From: Azolla caroliniana
Lineage: Eukaryota > Plantae > Polypodiophyta
Assembly: GCA_043228905.1 (NCBI GenBank)
Contig: JBHGNT010000002.1
Coordinates: 19,964,001 to 20,028,000, forward strand
Direction: 5' to 3'
DNA: 64,000 bases
In this document: positions 37,742 to 50,905 of the stretch, in pieces
Position numbering within the stretch: the stretch's first letter is position 1
Layout: every line of letters begins with the position of its first letter
Made by a program: the position numbers and the translations under genes
The notes under the pieces: model-generated
What the model saw: only the letters and a program-made list of their open reading frames with translations
Told to the model about the DNA's origin: nothing
Databases searched by the model: none

Positions 37742-40700
37742 CTATTTAGCTCCAAATCCTTTACCCACAACACGTACCCTCTTCCTTTTTGCTGTTCCAG
37801 GAGGAGCCTGTAATCAAATAAAACTTCATAAGGAACTTAATTAAGTTTTTGATGCAAGACATTGTAATCAAAGGTATATATACACAGTGAAAAGGAAGTC
37901 AATGGAGTTTTTCAAACATAATATGTGCAGCGTTGCAGGCAAAAACCAACATTAACCTGTATATAGTAAATAAACAAAGTACGTGTTTATATTATACCTT
38001 CCTAGATCCCTTTAATGACTCCTCGAGATTGTCTAGGCCTGGTATAGAGCCCCCTTGCATCATGGACATGAGATTCTTCATTCGAGCCCGCATCTGGAAG
38101 AGCTGAGAAACCATTTGACTAACTTGCTCCTGTGACCTTCCTGAACCATTGGCAACCCTTCTTCTCCTTGATGGCGACTTAGCTAATAAATCGGGAATCT
38201 CCCTCTCCTCTACATAAAACAATAAGCTCTTCAGGTGCGATTGAAGTACTAGGTACCCTAGTTGGACAATTATTTCGTTGCATAACCTGGAAAAGAACTC
38301 AATCTAAAATGTTCATAGCTATTCAGCATTGACGTAGGACATGGAGCTCCCACTGTAGTTTTACTTCAAAAGCTCCATAGTCAACTACGGATTTTCCAGT
38401 TAAATACAGGCATCCCCAGAAATATGGTCCACCTAAATTAAAAAATAATAGTTCACAGAATAAAGCAGCAGAGAATGAAAAATGATATGCACAACATTTC
38501 ATCTGTTCATCTTGCAACATGAAAGTTCCTTACGAAACAAATACATGAATGCAGATTACATTAGAAGACAAACAAGCAACAAAATAAAAATAAACAAGGT
38601 CAATAACAACTACTGAACAGTTAAAGGACTTCATGCAAAATATTTATATACTGTCGTGCTGATGAAGACAAGCCTAGTTTTTGGAAAAAGGTGTTCAAAT
38701 ATGAGCATCAACATGATTTAATGCAAGGTTTACCACTATCATTGAGAACTCACTCGGTGTCATGGAGTTTATCATCGATTCTACAATTTTCAGACTCTTT
38801 TCTGCTTCCCGAATTTGTTCTGGACTCACCTGTCATTATCAAGCATAATCTACTGTAACTTGAGAATTGATTCAAAACCATCAAATTTTCTTATTAGCTG
38901 GCAAATGAACATAATAACATTGATATTTGACACATACTTTTCCCATGCCTGGAATCATGCCAACAAGTTTGTTCATTGGTCCCATTCGAGCTAGTGCTCG
39001 AGTTTGCTTGAGGAAATCATTGAAATCAAACTTTGCTTCCATTATTTTTTTCTGCAGTTCTTCGGCTTCTTCTTTTCGCATCTAACATCACATAATATTT
39101 TAAGATTAGATCAAAACATGAAATTTCAAATGCTAAAAGATGATCCAGTCCACCAAAAGAAAAGTCAAGGAATCAAGCATAACATAATTTGTTATTTTAT
39201 TTGCATAGCTAAGACTGTCATGCATGCACATTGCACAAGCAGTATTCACATATCAAGGTTCAGAACAGAAACTTACAACTTCTTCTGCTTTCTCCACGAA
39301 TGATAATACATCACCCATTCCCAATATGCGCCCTGCTAAACGGTCAGGGTAGAATGGCTCCAAAGCTTCCATGCCTTCACCTTGTCCAACAAATTTTATT
39401 GGTTTTCCTGAAACCTGTTCATTGTTACAGATTTAGAAATCACTTTTTAAAACTTTGTAGATCAAAATAGGTGAATAATTTTGACGATCGCACATTCAAT
39501 TAAATCACTGCAGCCTTGATTATGTACATCATGGGAACAACATGGACCATTAATGTAATGCTTGCTACATACGCAAACACTTCAATTACATTTCAAAATG
39601 AAAGCCTAAACCTGCAAAAAATTACCAAGAATACCTAATGAACTTACCTTATCTTCAATTCGAGCTTATAAATGGCATTCTTGTATTGTGCTATTTATAA
39701 AAATACAAATAGGCGGATGAAGACGTGAAGAAAGTTTTTAAAAACCAGTCTTCGTAAGACTCTGTAAGTGAGAAACACAAACCTCTTTAACACTCAATGC
39801 AGCTCCACCTCTCGAGTCACCATCAAGTTTTGTTAATATAGCCCCCGTGATTCCAACTTCTAGGTTGAATGCAGACACCAAAGCTGCTCAACCAATGATA
39901 ACAAATAAAAACAATCAAAAGGTGTCCTAACTTCCTCCCTTACTATTTGTAGCTATTTATTCAACACAGAAAGAAGTAAATACTTTATTTAACAAGCAAT
40001 ATATACTTATATTGGGATTAAAGAATAAGCTTTAAATAAGCTTTATACAACGTGAGATTAATGGGAATTTTGTTTTTCTTTAAGCCAGGTCTGGGAGGCA
40101 TAAGGCAGGTGATATTGGATTGTGATCCCAAGGAAACCCTCAAAAGGCAGACACTTTAATCCCTAACTTATGTATCTGATATTTCCATGGAGGAGGAAGC
40201 CCTGGAAGACCTTTAATCCATCCTGTGATGCAGTTAGTGCAAGATTTCCTTCAGCAGCTGTCCACCCTCACGAATACGTCATGAGAGGTAGCTTGTTACT
40301 CACCACTAAAATCCCTTTTGTTACTATGCAGAATTCCATACAGAAATGACATACCCATGGTCAGGCATCTACTTACAAGTGGTATCACACTATGCCATGA
40401 GGATCTATACCCCACTCGATGTGAATTTCAAAACTCTCATCACAAGATTGGAACCATCAATTGTTCCCAAACCTGCACTTTCACTTGCAATGTGAAAGTC
40501 TGCTTCCATAAAGTCTACTATCGTAACTATTTTGCAATGTCCTCGCCAAGGACCCACTTGTGTAGCCCTTGATTGTAGGAGTAATGAGACTAAAGAAAGT
40601 TATCATTGTTCTTGGTTGATGAGCTTGTGTGGCTGTATTGTTGCCCAACTTCTCCATGTACCTCTTGAGTTCTAGCAAGAATACCCCCTGCACCATTGGT

Positions 40701-43700
40701 TCACATATTCCATTACCAAAATAGCCTGCTTCCATAAAGTCTACTATCGTAACTAATTTGCAATGTCCTCGTCAGGGGCCCACTTGTGTAGCCCTTGATT
40801 GTAGGAGTGATGGGGCTAAAGAAAGTTACAATTGTTCTAGGAAGATGAGCTTGTGTGGTTGTATTGATATTCAACTTCTTCATGTATCTCTTGAGTTCTA
40901 GCAAGAATACCCCCATGCACCATTGGTCCCCATATTCCATTACCTTCCATGTTGCGCCAAAGCCTTCGTTAAAGAGGCAATGGCATTTCCCTCTTATTAT
41001 CCAACATTGGTCCTCATATTCCATTACCTTGCATAATGGGCCAAAAGCTTGGTTAAAGGAATGGCACTTCTCTCTTATTTCATAAAAAACAGTATAGTGA
41101 CAAACAATGTTCTTCAATTTCTACTACTTGATGACACAATTGGCAAACTTGTTCTTCGAGAGGTATCATACATATCTTCCTGCCTCATTCTCTAACTGAT
41201 GTGAAGAGGTCTGCAGCTGCCCTATCACGTTGTGATGTGCATAGGATAGATGTATGTCCATATAAGAGGGCTCGATGATAAATCCATTCTCTAACTGTAC
41301 CCGATAGTGGACCATCTCCCTGCCAAGAGATGTTGTAGGGCTGATCCATATTCTTCCTTTATCCAAGTTGATAGTATCAGTTCAGAACACTAGATTCCTT
41401 TTCTCTTTGGTTATGTTTAGATGGGAACAACTCAAGTTATATTGGAACAGGGGTAGTGCATTTATGCTTATGCCATGCAACTCAAACCATTGTTGCATTT
41501 CATCATAATAACAATGACTCTCTCTATGTTCCACAAGTTGTTTTGATAACATAAGTGACAACCTTGTGTGCCTTCATTTAGGGAGCTCCCAAAGTTGTTG
41601 AATGCTGGTTAGTGATCAGAATAATGCCTTAATGATTATTGGGGCTGCTCCTACCTCAGCCCAAGTTATATCATGGGGCATCAATGCTTTGCTCCTTTTC
41701 ATATGGGCAATTATTGAGACTAAAGGTCTCTCTAAATCTTTTCAATAATTTTCCTTATGAAGAATCGGTCCCCAAGTTTCTACTCCATAGAGAAGATTCA
41801 CTATGACAAGTGTATTAAATAGACACAATTTGGTTTGTGGCTCTCAAAACTATATACATGAGCACCAAGAGTTGCATATCTACATGAAATTCAAGCAAAA
41901 TCAGTCTCCCTAAGGAGAGTTGAGGCCCTATGCAAGTTACTCCTAGGAATGTGTAGGATTGTGTGTATGCCACATTTTCCTCTCGTATGAATAATTTTGG
42001 TTCTGATATTGTCTCCCATGCTTGTGTGGAGTTACACCATCTTTAGTTTCATCTATACCTACTGACAAACCTTTGTCTATACAAAATGATTTAAGACATT
42101 TATCTTCCTTTGTAGTCCCTCTGGAGAGTCGGAGATCAGTAGCGATCGGCAACAATTCGGTTTGAACCAAACCAAACCGCGGCTTAACAGTTTAAACGCT
42201 TTGGTTCAGTTCAAGTTCAAGTTTTTGTAAACGGTTTGGTTCGAGCTTTTACGGGTTTAACGGTTTTCGGTTTAAACAGCTTGACAGTTTAAGATTGACA
42301 CTTGATAATTTTCTTAAATATTTTTTTGACCATTTTAAGCCTAATTTTGATATTTTCAAAATAATCTTTAAATTTTGAAAAATTAAAATTTGAGATGTTG
42401 AAAATTATAAAAAAATTTAAAATGAAAATGTGGAATTTTGAATTTTGACCTAACCCTAAACCCTAAACCACTGTCTCAACTGTTTAAAGGTTTAAAGGTT
42501 TAAAAGTCTCTAAAACCATTTGTTTTGAGCTTAAATTTGTGATTACGGTTTGGTTTAACTGGTTTCATGGTTCAGTTCGGTTTAAGTTTCAATTTTTTTA
42601 AACGGTTCGGTTTTACATTGTTTGAGTTTGACACTCTCGAACCGAACCGTTGCCAATTGCTAGAGATCAGCACAATATCATCAGCATGACATAGTATTTG
42701 TGTGGCTACACCGGCAATGCATGCTCTTGAACCATCAAAGTTCTCTTATGTTATGTAAAACCTCATCTATATACATGGCATTGTATACTTCACAACTATA
42801 CACAACAATTGTCTCCAAGGTGAATTGGTATTTAGCCAGACCATTCCCCTTTATACATCCTGTGTGCATCCATCCTTCACCTCAGAGAGAGAAAGAAAGA
42901 AAGGAAGATATATTAACATCTTTTAAGAGGCCAAAATGTCCTATAAGAGCAAACAAGAGATTACATCTTAAGTGTTGTGTCGTCTTTAAGAGAGAGAGAG
43001 AAAGCAAGATTAGACGTGTCAAGACAGACCCACCCAATGGGGTCCTTAAGAAAAATGCTCTGACAATGTAGATTCTAGATTCCGATAAGCATGTCCAGTT
43101 TCGTCTAGAGATTCCCAGATGCATCATTAAGCAGTTGGACTGGGTTGGTAACATCCCCTTTGCCCAAATAATTAAACTGCATAACTTGTAAGACATTGAC
43201 CTCTTTTGATCAGTCAATCACGAGCCTTCATGTCATTTGGAATGACCACAACACTTAACATTCATTTTCCATTGCAGGATATATGATCTGCCCATCTGAT
43301 TCTATTTCCAAGTGATTCATTATTGGGTGATCAAGCTTGAACACGGGATTCCAGGCATCTCCTACAGCAGGGTCTAGATAAGAATTTACATGGCAAAAAG
43401 CTCCAACTTCAACTGCAATGCACTTTTCCATATTATCAAGTGAACCAGAAAAAGTGTTGGTAGATGATTTCAGGGAGATGGAGCAATATACCTCCCAACC
43501 TCATCAATTTGGAACGCACATTCCACAATGATATTACTTTACCAGAATTCTAGTTTAGCTCAGTCAGTTGTCTCTTGTCTCTAAGACCATGCCTCCTATT
43601 CACACACATTTCTGATGAGGTGGGAGGCTTCTTGGTTCATCAATGGTCACCAAGACGTGGTGAATATGCCTATCCAATCTTGGAATGGAAGGGAACACAG

Positions 43701-46700
43701 ATCAATGTACCCTAAGCACAAAAACTCGAAGCAGTTCCCTATTATTCATAGAATAAAACAAAATGTTGAAATGCAACTTGGAACTTGAAGAAAAGAGTAG
43801 CCATAAATGATGGCTGAAATTTACATATCGGTACACAAGGAGATAAAAAAGGAAAAGTTGGGAGACAATTGAGATGGGCACAAGCTGCAAGTGTGCTCCA
43901 TGAACCCTCAATTTGCAGAAACCTTGGAAAATGTTACTAGAGTGAGGCATTAAGGTATTGAATGATGCATCTAAAATTGAAACACTTAAACAAATTTGCA
44001 ATGAGTATGGAATTTTACAAGCTGCCTCTTGTCCTGTCATCGCATCTACGACGAGGAAAACTTCTGTGGGATTAAGGACTTGCTTCATCTGCTTCAATTC
44101 ATCCATCATGCCCTTGTCTACCTAGACCATAGAAGAAGGGTGTATTCCAAATAACAATCAGTAACACCCATAAAATTATATGTGATGTACATCTATTTAC
44201 ATATCCATTACAAAGATAATTAGATTTAACTTGCATTATATTGAACGACAATTTCCATCAACAAAATATCTACCCACTTGGATATCAAATTTATGTATAA
44301 GTAAAAGTAGAACAGACCTGAAGTCTGCCTGCTGTGTCAACTATGACAACATCAACTGATCTTTTCTTTGCCTCTGCTAACCCTTGTCTTGCAATCTCTG
44401 CTGGTTTAACCTGGCTTCCAACCTCAAATACATGAACATCCACCTACAAGAAAAATACAACAAAGTATGGGGCAACATAGTTTCATGAGAAATAGGAAGA
44501 AAAATATAAGGTAAAGAAGGATTTGTTTGCCAAGTATAATAAGCTAAGAAATAGGAAGAACAAGGATGAGACAAAAGAAGAACCTGTTTGCCAAGAGTAA
44601 CAAGTTGATCAATAGCTGCAGGACGATAAACGTCTGTAGCAATCATCATACATTTCTTTCCCTGGATAACAGAATAAACTGTCAAATTGAATTCTATACA
44701 CATGTTGAAAAAACTAACATTCAGACACTCCATTATAATTCTAATATTTACATGCCTTTTTCTTCAGATACAAAGCAAGTTTCCCACAAGCCGTGGTCTT
44801 TCCAACACCTTGAAGCCCAGCCATGAGAATGACAGTAGGTTTAGTGCTGGCATACTCAATATCTGCAACCTCGCCCCCCATTAATTTAACAAGCTCGTCG
44901 TTCACAACCTAGTTTAATGCAATTCAAGAAAGTTTCTGAGTTTAAATGATTAATTAGCAAGTCATGAAAACTCTAGGTTTGCATGAATTAGCACAATTCA
45001 CAGAAGTTCACCACAAGTTTATCAAATTAAGATGATTCAAGAAATTTTGGCTGTTTTTATACGATGATTGATTATCACACAATCATAAACATTTACCAAC
45101 TGTTTGTCAAGTCTCACACTTTTGATAACACCAATTCTTTTACACGATGATTATTACATAGAAGAGCTATCTTCACATAATCATATACCTTAACCAATTG
45201 TTGATCCGGTCTGACTCCTTTGATGACACCAACACCTACAGCTTTTTCTGTCACATTTTTCACAAAGCTTCTGACAACGGGAAGGCTTACCTGCCAGAAA
45301 AAGCATAGTATGAGTTGCAGGTTTAATTCATACATCTATAAGTTCAAATGACAAAGACTTTGAGATGCTACATCTGCTTCAAGTAGAGCTCTTCGAATGT
45401 CTCGCATAGGTTCCTTTATGTTTTCTCGAGTCAGCACATCTGTATGAGAATTAAAAACCTTGAGAAAAATGCAAAGATTCAAGAAAGTAATAGATGTTGA
45501 GAACGAATGCTGGGGTTAAAAACATCACAGGCATTGAAAAAGGCTAATATTAAAAACAACTACAGCCCTTGAAAAAGACTTACGGTTTAAGCCAAATACA
45601 GGTTTTGAAAAACTTCTAAGATTAAGACAGTTATGCCTTGGAAATAACTAACATTATTGGAAATTTTAGATTTTGAAAATGGATAAAATAATCAAGATAA
45701 TTACAGATGTTCAGAAAAAGGCTAAGCTTAAGACATTAACAAACATTGCAAGAGCCTGATATCAGAAACAACATCCAATTAACAATCCGCAACAGTTCGG
45801 TTTGAACCGAACCAAACCGCGAAACCGCGGCTTAACGGTTTCAACAGTTCGGTTCAGGTTTAGGCTTTTTAAAACGGTTTGGTTCGGTTTTAACAGCCAA
45901 AAACCGCGGTTTAAACAGTTTTACAGTTTTTTAATTTATTTATTTTTATTCTTTTTTTTTAAAAAAATTTAAAAAATTTTAATTGTTTTAAAACAATCTT
46001 TTCATTTTTAGACCTTATTCTCACATTTTAGGAACATCTTTAAAATTTTAAAATTTTAAAATAATGAAATATTATAAATTTAAAATTTTGACATATGTTG
46101 AAAACCGAATCCGAAGCACGAAACTGCGGTTTTTACAGTTTAACGGTTTGAAAATTGTTTAACGATTCGGTTTAATGGTTTCGTGATTTGGTTTGGTTCA
46201 GGTTTCAAAAAAATTTAACGGTTTGAACCCTCTCAAACCGAACCGAACCGTTGCCGATTGTTACATCCAATCTTGAAAAGAGGAGGGATTGCCGCTAAAA
46301 GATTAAAAACCTCCAAAAAAGGCTAAGATAAAGAACAGTTCCAGAACTTGAGAAGTTACAAGGATTAAGACAACTATATCCATTGTAGAAAGGCGGAGAG
46401 TGAGACATATTTGAAGAAAAATGAGCTAAAGATTTTGATTTAAAATTGTACCTTCTTTCCTGAGCTTGGTCCAGGCTGCTTCAAGACTAGTTGAAAGTTG
46501 ATCGAACATAGCCATGGGAGTACTCACAGGAGGAATATTTCTCCTCGGCCATCTCTTGCCGAAAGAAGATTTTTCTATCTCAGAAGAAAATGATAAACCT
46601 GCCTGTTTCATTGAAGCTTCATTTTCATGCATTTCGAACAAAGAGAAAAGAAGCATGAACGGAAAGACAAAGCAATGAATGCAAGCACGAACAAATGAAT

Positions 46701-47345
46701 GATAGAATGAGAATATTCGTTTGCTCAACTCTTTTCGGAAAGAAAACAAGAAAGGTAAGCGACGAGAACTAAATGAGAAGAATCATTTCTGCGAGAGAGG
46801 ACCACTTGGTCAGAAGGAGAAGGAAAAGAGAAGGGAAGAGGAAAGGAGTGTCATTTCTTCCAGAGAACAGCATACAAAAGAAAATCAAGGAACAAAGGAA
46901 TCAAGAGGAAGAAGAAGAAGAGAAGAGGAAAGGAGTGTCAATTCTTCAGAGAACAGCATACAAAAGAAAATCAAGGAACAAAGGAATCAAGAAGAAGAAG
47001 AAGAAGAAGAGAAGAGGAGTGTCATTTCTTCCAGAGAATGGCATACAAAAGAAAATGGAGGAAAAAAAGGAATCAAGAAGGAAATATATAAAGAAACAAA
47101 GAAGCAAAACGGAATCAAGAAAAAAAAGAAGAGGAGGAGCAAAGATGTAAGCAGACCTGGAAGAAATGGCTGCTTCGGAGGGGATGGGCGAGGGAGGTGG
47201 AGGTGGAGGTGGAGGGGAGCTTCACGGAAGACACAGAGGAAGGGATGGCGAGGAGACGGATGGATGAGGGGCTGCATTTGGTCGACAGATTGATGGCGCA
47301 GGGAGACGAAGGAGAGATGGTGTGAAGAAGAAGGGGCGGCTCCAT
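37742..47345 (-). CDS. FFC: Chloroplast signal recognition particle 54 kDa subunit (cpSRP54), about 568 aa
   Basis: 14 exons: 47345-47157, 46602-46452, 45439-45372, 45290-45189, 44908-44756, 44661-44584, 44443-44318, 44121-44019, 39883-39783, 39414-39277, 39081-38938, 38829-38754, 38209-37998, 37807-37742 (1707 nt). SRP GTPase motifs [37 protein letters not shown], then the M domain and C-tail [10 protein letters not shown]. Confidence 0.96.
40180..42100 (-). mobile_element. Decayed RTE-like LINE 3' portion with an internal duplication, in a cpSRP54 intron
   Basis: [16 protein letters not shown]...CQLCH...[12 protein letters not shown]; the blocks at about 40497-40700 and 40726-40930 are duplicates. 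Boundaries are approximate. Confidence 0.65.
42140..42662. mobile_element. hAT MITE (aaaccg-rich family)
   Basis: TIRs tagcgatcggcaac / gttgccaattgcta and a perfect 8-bp TSD gagatcag. Confidence 0.92.
45780..46263. mobile_element. hAT MITE (aaaccg-rich family)
   Basis: TIRs taacaatccgcaac / gttgccgattgtta and a perfect 8-bp TSD catccaat. Confidence 0.92.
46835..47075. repeat. About 88-bp purine-rich tandem repeat (about 3 copies) in cpSRP54 intron 1
   Basis: ggagtgtca.ttctt.cagagaa..gcatacaaaagaaaat occurs three times. Confidence 0.85.
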
Positions 47346-50244
47346 TGATCCTCCGTCTCCTGTTCCTTTCTTCTTCTCTGGGGTCCATAGAGCCAAGTAT
47401 GTATCAGTATGTATGTATGTATGTATGTATGTATGTATGTATAAGATGGGGATGAGGCTTTTGTTTTAAGTCACGAGTGAGACTCGAGAGAGAGCCAAAA
47501 AAAAAGCCCCCCCACCTCCCTATCCACTTAAAACTACATACATACATACATACATACATACATACATACATACATTTGCATTACATACATATGATACTCT
47601 CTATGTCTATCACCACACCACCACCACTAGGGGGAAACCAAAAGGTCCTTCTTCTTCTTCTTCTTCTTTTTTGTCTATGGACATATATCATCATAACACA
47701 AGCCCCCCCCCCCCCACCCCACCATTTACGTACGCCATGGTTGTCGTAGTGACGACTCTCTTACCCCCCCCCCCCCCCCCCCCCCCCCGATGCTTTTATT
47801 TGTCACGTTGTATCCACACACACATACACGTGATGTGACGGATTGATCCTTCAAGATCGATATTAACACATGATTGTCCACACATGCTAGGATCCGAAAC
47901 CTAGAGACACAATTGAATGTGAAAGCCAAAAGGTTCACATCGATGGTGTTTGTTTATAATAATCACACCAGTTCTTCTTATGCCTCCAAAAATCTTATGG
48001 CAGTCATTCTCAATCGATATGGTGGAATCGGGAGACAAGCTTGCCGAGAAGTGGTGGTTTATGTGGCATATATCGAGATATGGGAGGCCCTCTCCGATTT
48101 GGATGTAGATAATTGCCCCGGAATCGATGGCCTCACTCCTCACTTTTTCATGTGCCTTTGGGACACTATTAAAGAAGACCTCCTCCCGACATATGAGGAG
48201 ATCATCACCTCTAGAAACATGTCGGAGGAATTTGGACATGGGATGATACATTTCATTCCTAAAAGTGATGGGAGTGCCAACGACATTAGTAAGTGGCGGC
48301 CCATAACTCTTCTCAATATTGTCTATAAGTTGCTTGCAAAAACCATGGCACGCCGCTTAGCACCACTTCTCTCTCAACTCATTCATCCGTCCCATACAAG
48401 TTTCGTTAGAAATCGGAGCATCCTAGACAACTTTTTCTCTGTTTGGGAAGCAATAGCCCTTGCCAAGCGTACCAACAACAAGGTAGTTATGGTGCTCCTA
48501 GATTTTGAGAAAGCATATGACAAGGTATGTTGGAACTTTCTAGAAAGTGTGATGGGGAAACTCGGCTTTCAGGATTCATGGATCCAAGGCATTGCATGCC
48601 TTTATAGGAACGCCAACGATTGTGTTTCATTAGCAGGTGAAAGGGGCCCCTTCTTCCAAATATCGCGGTCTGTACAACAGGGATGCCCACTAACTCCATC
48701 CTTATTTCTATTATACGCCGAAGCACTCTCTAGCTTTCTCAACTCACAACAACTAAACCTATGTGGTCTTCGTGTGCTGCATTCTCACCAAAGCCTCCTG
48801 GATATAGAATTTGCATATGACACCGCGGTCTACCTACAAGGGGACTTGGAAAATCTACAAAAGCTAGAAAGTGGTTTAGACGTATTTTGCAAGAGATCCA
48901 ATGCCATGATCAATTGACACAAATCATGTGCAATATGGTTGTCTCATGAAGCACATCCTACGTGGCACCCCCATCCCGCTTTCAAGTGGATCAATCAAGG
49001 ATCGAGCACCAAATATTTGGGTTCAACATACCTCCGGAGACTATGATTGCACTAGTTATTCACTCCATTTGACAAAAGTTGATACATTGTAGTTCAAAAA
49101 AACTCTTGTTAGCGGGGCGCATCAAAGTGGCAAATTAGGTATTACTCACAACTACGTGGTACAACCTATCATGTTGGACAAACTCCAAGGAAAGTATACA
49201 CCAGATTCAGCGATTGGTACACAACTACATTTGGTCTGGTAAGGAAGATCATGCAACTCGGGCCAAGGTGGTGTGGCCTATACTCACATCACCTAAGACG
49301 AGAGGAGGATTGGGTCTTATTGATCCCCTCTCACAATCAAAAGCCCTCCTTGTCAAATTTGTGGTGCGAGAACTCCAACCAGGGAATGATTGATGGAAAA
49401 TGCTATTGCGGTTACATTTCGCTTGCTTTAAGCCAAAGAAAGGGGCCAATTGGGACCCCCAAACTGGATGGATTCTAAACATGGATCTCAAACCTAGTTT
49501 CTCCCACAAATTGGAGGATAGATTCAGTGCATTCATGTGGAAGGCATGGTGTGACATTAGATGAGGGATCAAGTGTGATCAACCTAACTCTGAACCTGCT
49601 TGGCTCAGTCAACGTATCCTATGGAACCCATGCATCAAAGATGAATCTAATCAACTAATTGAATCAAGTAAGGGGTTTTCATGGGGATACATTGCGGAAG
49701 GTCTAGGAAAAAATATAGAATGTTGGAGACGGTTTATGTCATTGCCAATACAAGACCAAGCCAACATACTCCATGGAATCAGGGGTAGATGGGCTATGAG
49801 ATCTGAAATCATTAACGGTCTACTGATTAGGGAAGCTGCTAATTAAAGGACGGCAATAGAGAAATGGATAGGCTACGAGGAGGGCTCTTTGATCCCAAGA
49901 GGTAGGGAAACACCAGATAGGATTGCAAGCTCTGAATTGCAAGACAATGAGACACCAACATAGAATAAAGCAATTCGAGTACTAGTGTATACTAGGCATA
50001 AATGGATTGTAGATCCTGATCCTATCAAAGTACAACCAGATTGGCACATATGTACTCACAAAAACACATGGCTACGTATGGTCAGTTGGGACCCTTTGCA
50101 ATGGACATGGCATCAGGCATGATCCTTATGCAGGGCAAGGAAGCAAACCCATCCTTTTCTTTCAATTCACAACTAGATTGGGTCGCCATATTCTAGCTGC
50201 TCAAACCGCCCGAGAGCTGTCTGTTGCAAAGGTCTGACACACAT

Positions 50245-50905
50245 TGTTGGGATTACGGTCCCTCCGGATGGGATGGTCAGATGTCCGGGAATCGGGAATG
50301 AAGACCCGAATGAGGAGTACCCGGTATCGGAACCGGATGATGAAGACCCGGTTTCGGATCCGGATGATGAAGACCCGGTTTCGGATCCGGATGATGAAGA
50401 CCCCGGCTACGGAGCCGGATGACGAATGTACCCGGAGAGAGATCCGGATGCGGGGACATATTTGTGAATATGTTTGCCAAGGGCCCTCTAGGCTATATTT
50501 GTAAATAGCCCGAAAGTCATATGTGTATAAATATGACTTAGGGCAAACAGTTTTGTTGTTGTTGCTCATTTTTCTGTTTTCCACTTAGAGGGAGCGAAGT
50601 GAGAGCAGCCGAGAGAGAGAGTGAGAGAGAGAGAAAGGAAGAGGTCGACGCCTCTGTGTAATACCGCCGCCTGTGGCGAGGACAGCGAGCTCAAGGTCGT
50701 CGCCTTGCAGCTCGCCATTGTACATTCCCTACGTATAGTGATAGTTGGAGTCTTGCACTCCCGTGGTTTTTCCCGTCTAGGGTTTTCCACGCTAAACCCT
50801 GTGCATTCGAGTCTCTCTCTGTGTTTTCGATTTACTGCTGCATTGACTCGTGTTTCCTCGGTTGTGGCCGAGAGGTGAAGGTTTTGAAAGCGTCAATTTC
50901 TAACA
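50245..50905 (+). mobile_element. Solo LTR (copia-like) with an internal 27-bp GC-rich tandem repeat
   Basis: tgttggg...ctaaca ends, perfect 5-bp TSD cacat, TATA (tataaat at about 50526), the cccgtggtttttccc...agggttttccacg motif, and ccggatgatgaagacccggtttcggat repeats at about 50300-50420. Confidence 0.9.

Noticed and set aside
46721-47293. 190-aa and 125-aa Lys/Glu-rich plus-strand ORFs
   Set aside because: Antisense to cpSRP54 exon 1/intron 1; open only because of purine-rich tandem repeats.
9790-47345. Functional cluster of organelle-related genes
   Set aside because: PPR and plastid-protein genes are very common; there is no evidence of shared pathway or co-regulation.
50300-50420. 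CRISPR-like or protein-coding 27-bp repeats
   Set aside because: Head-to-tail repeats without spacers inside a solo LTR of a eukaryotic genome.
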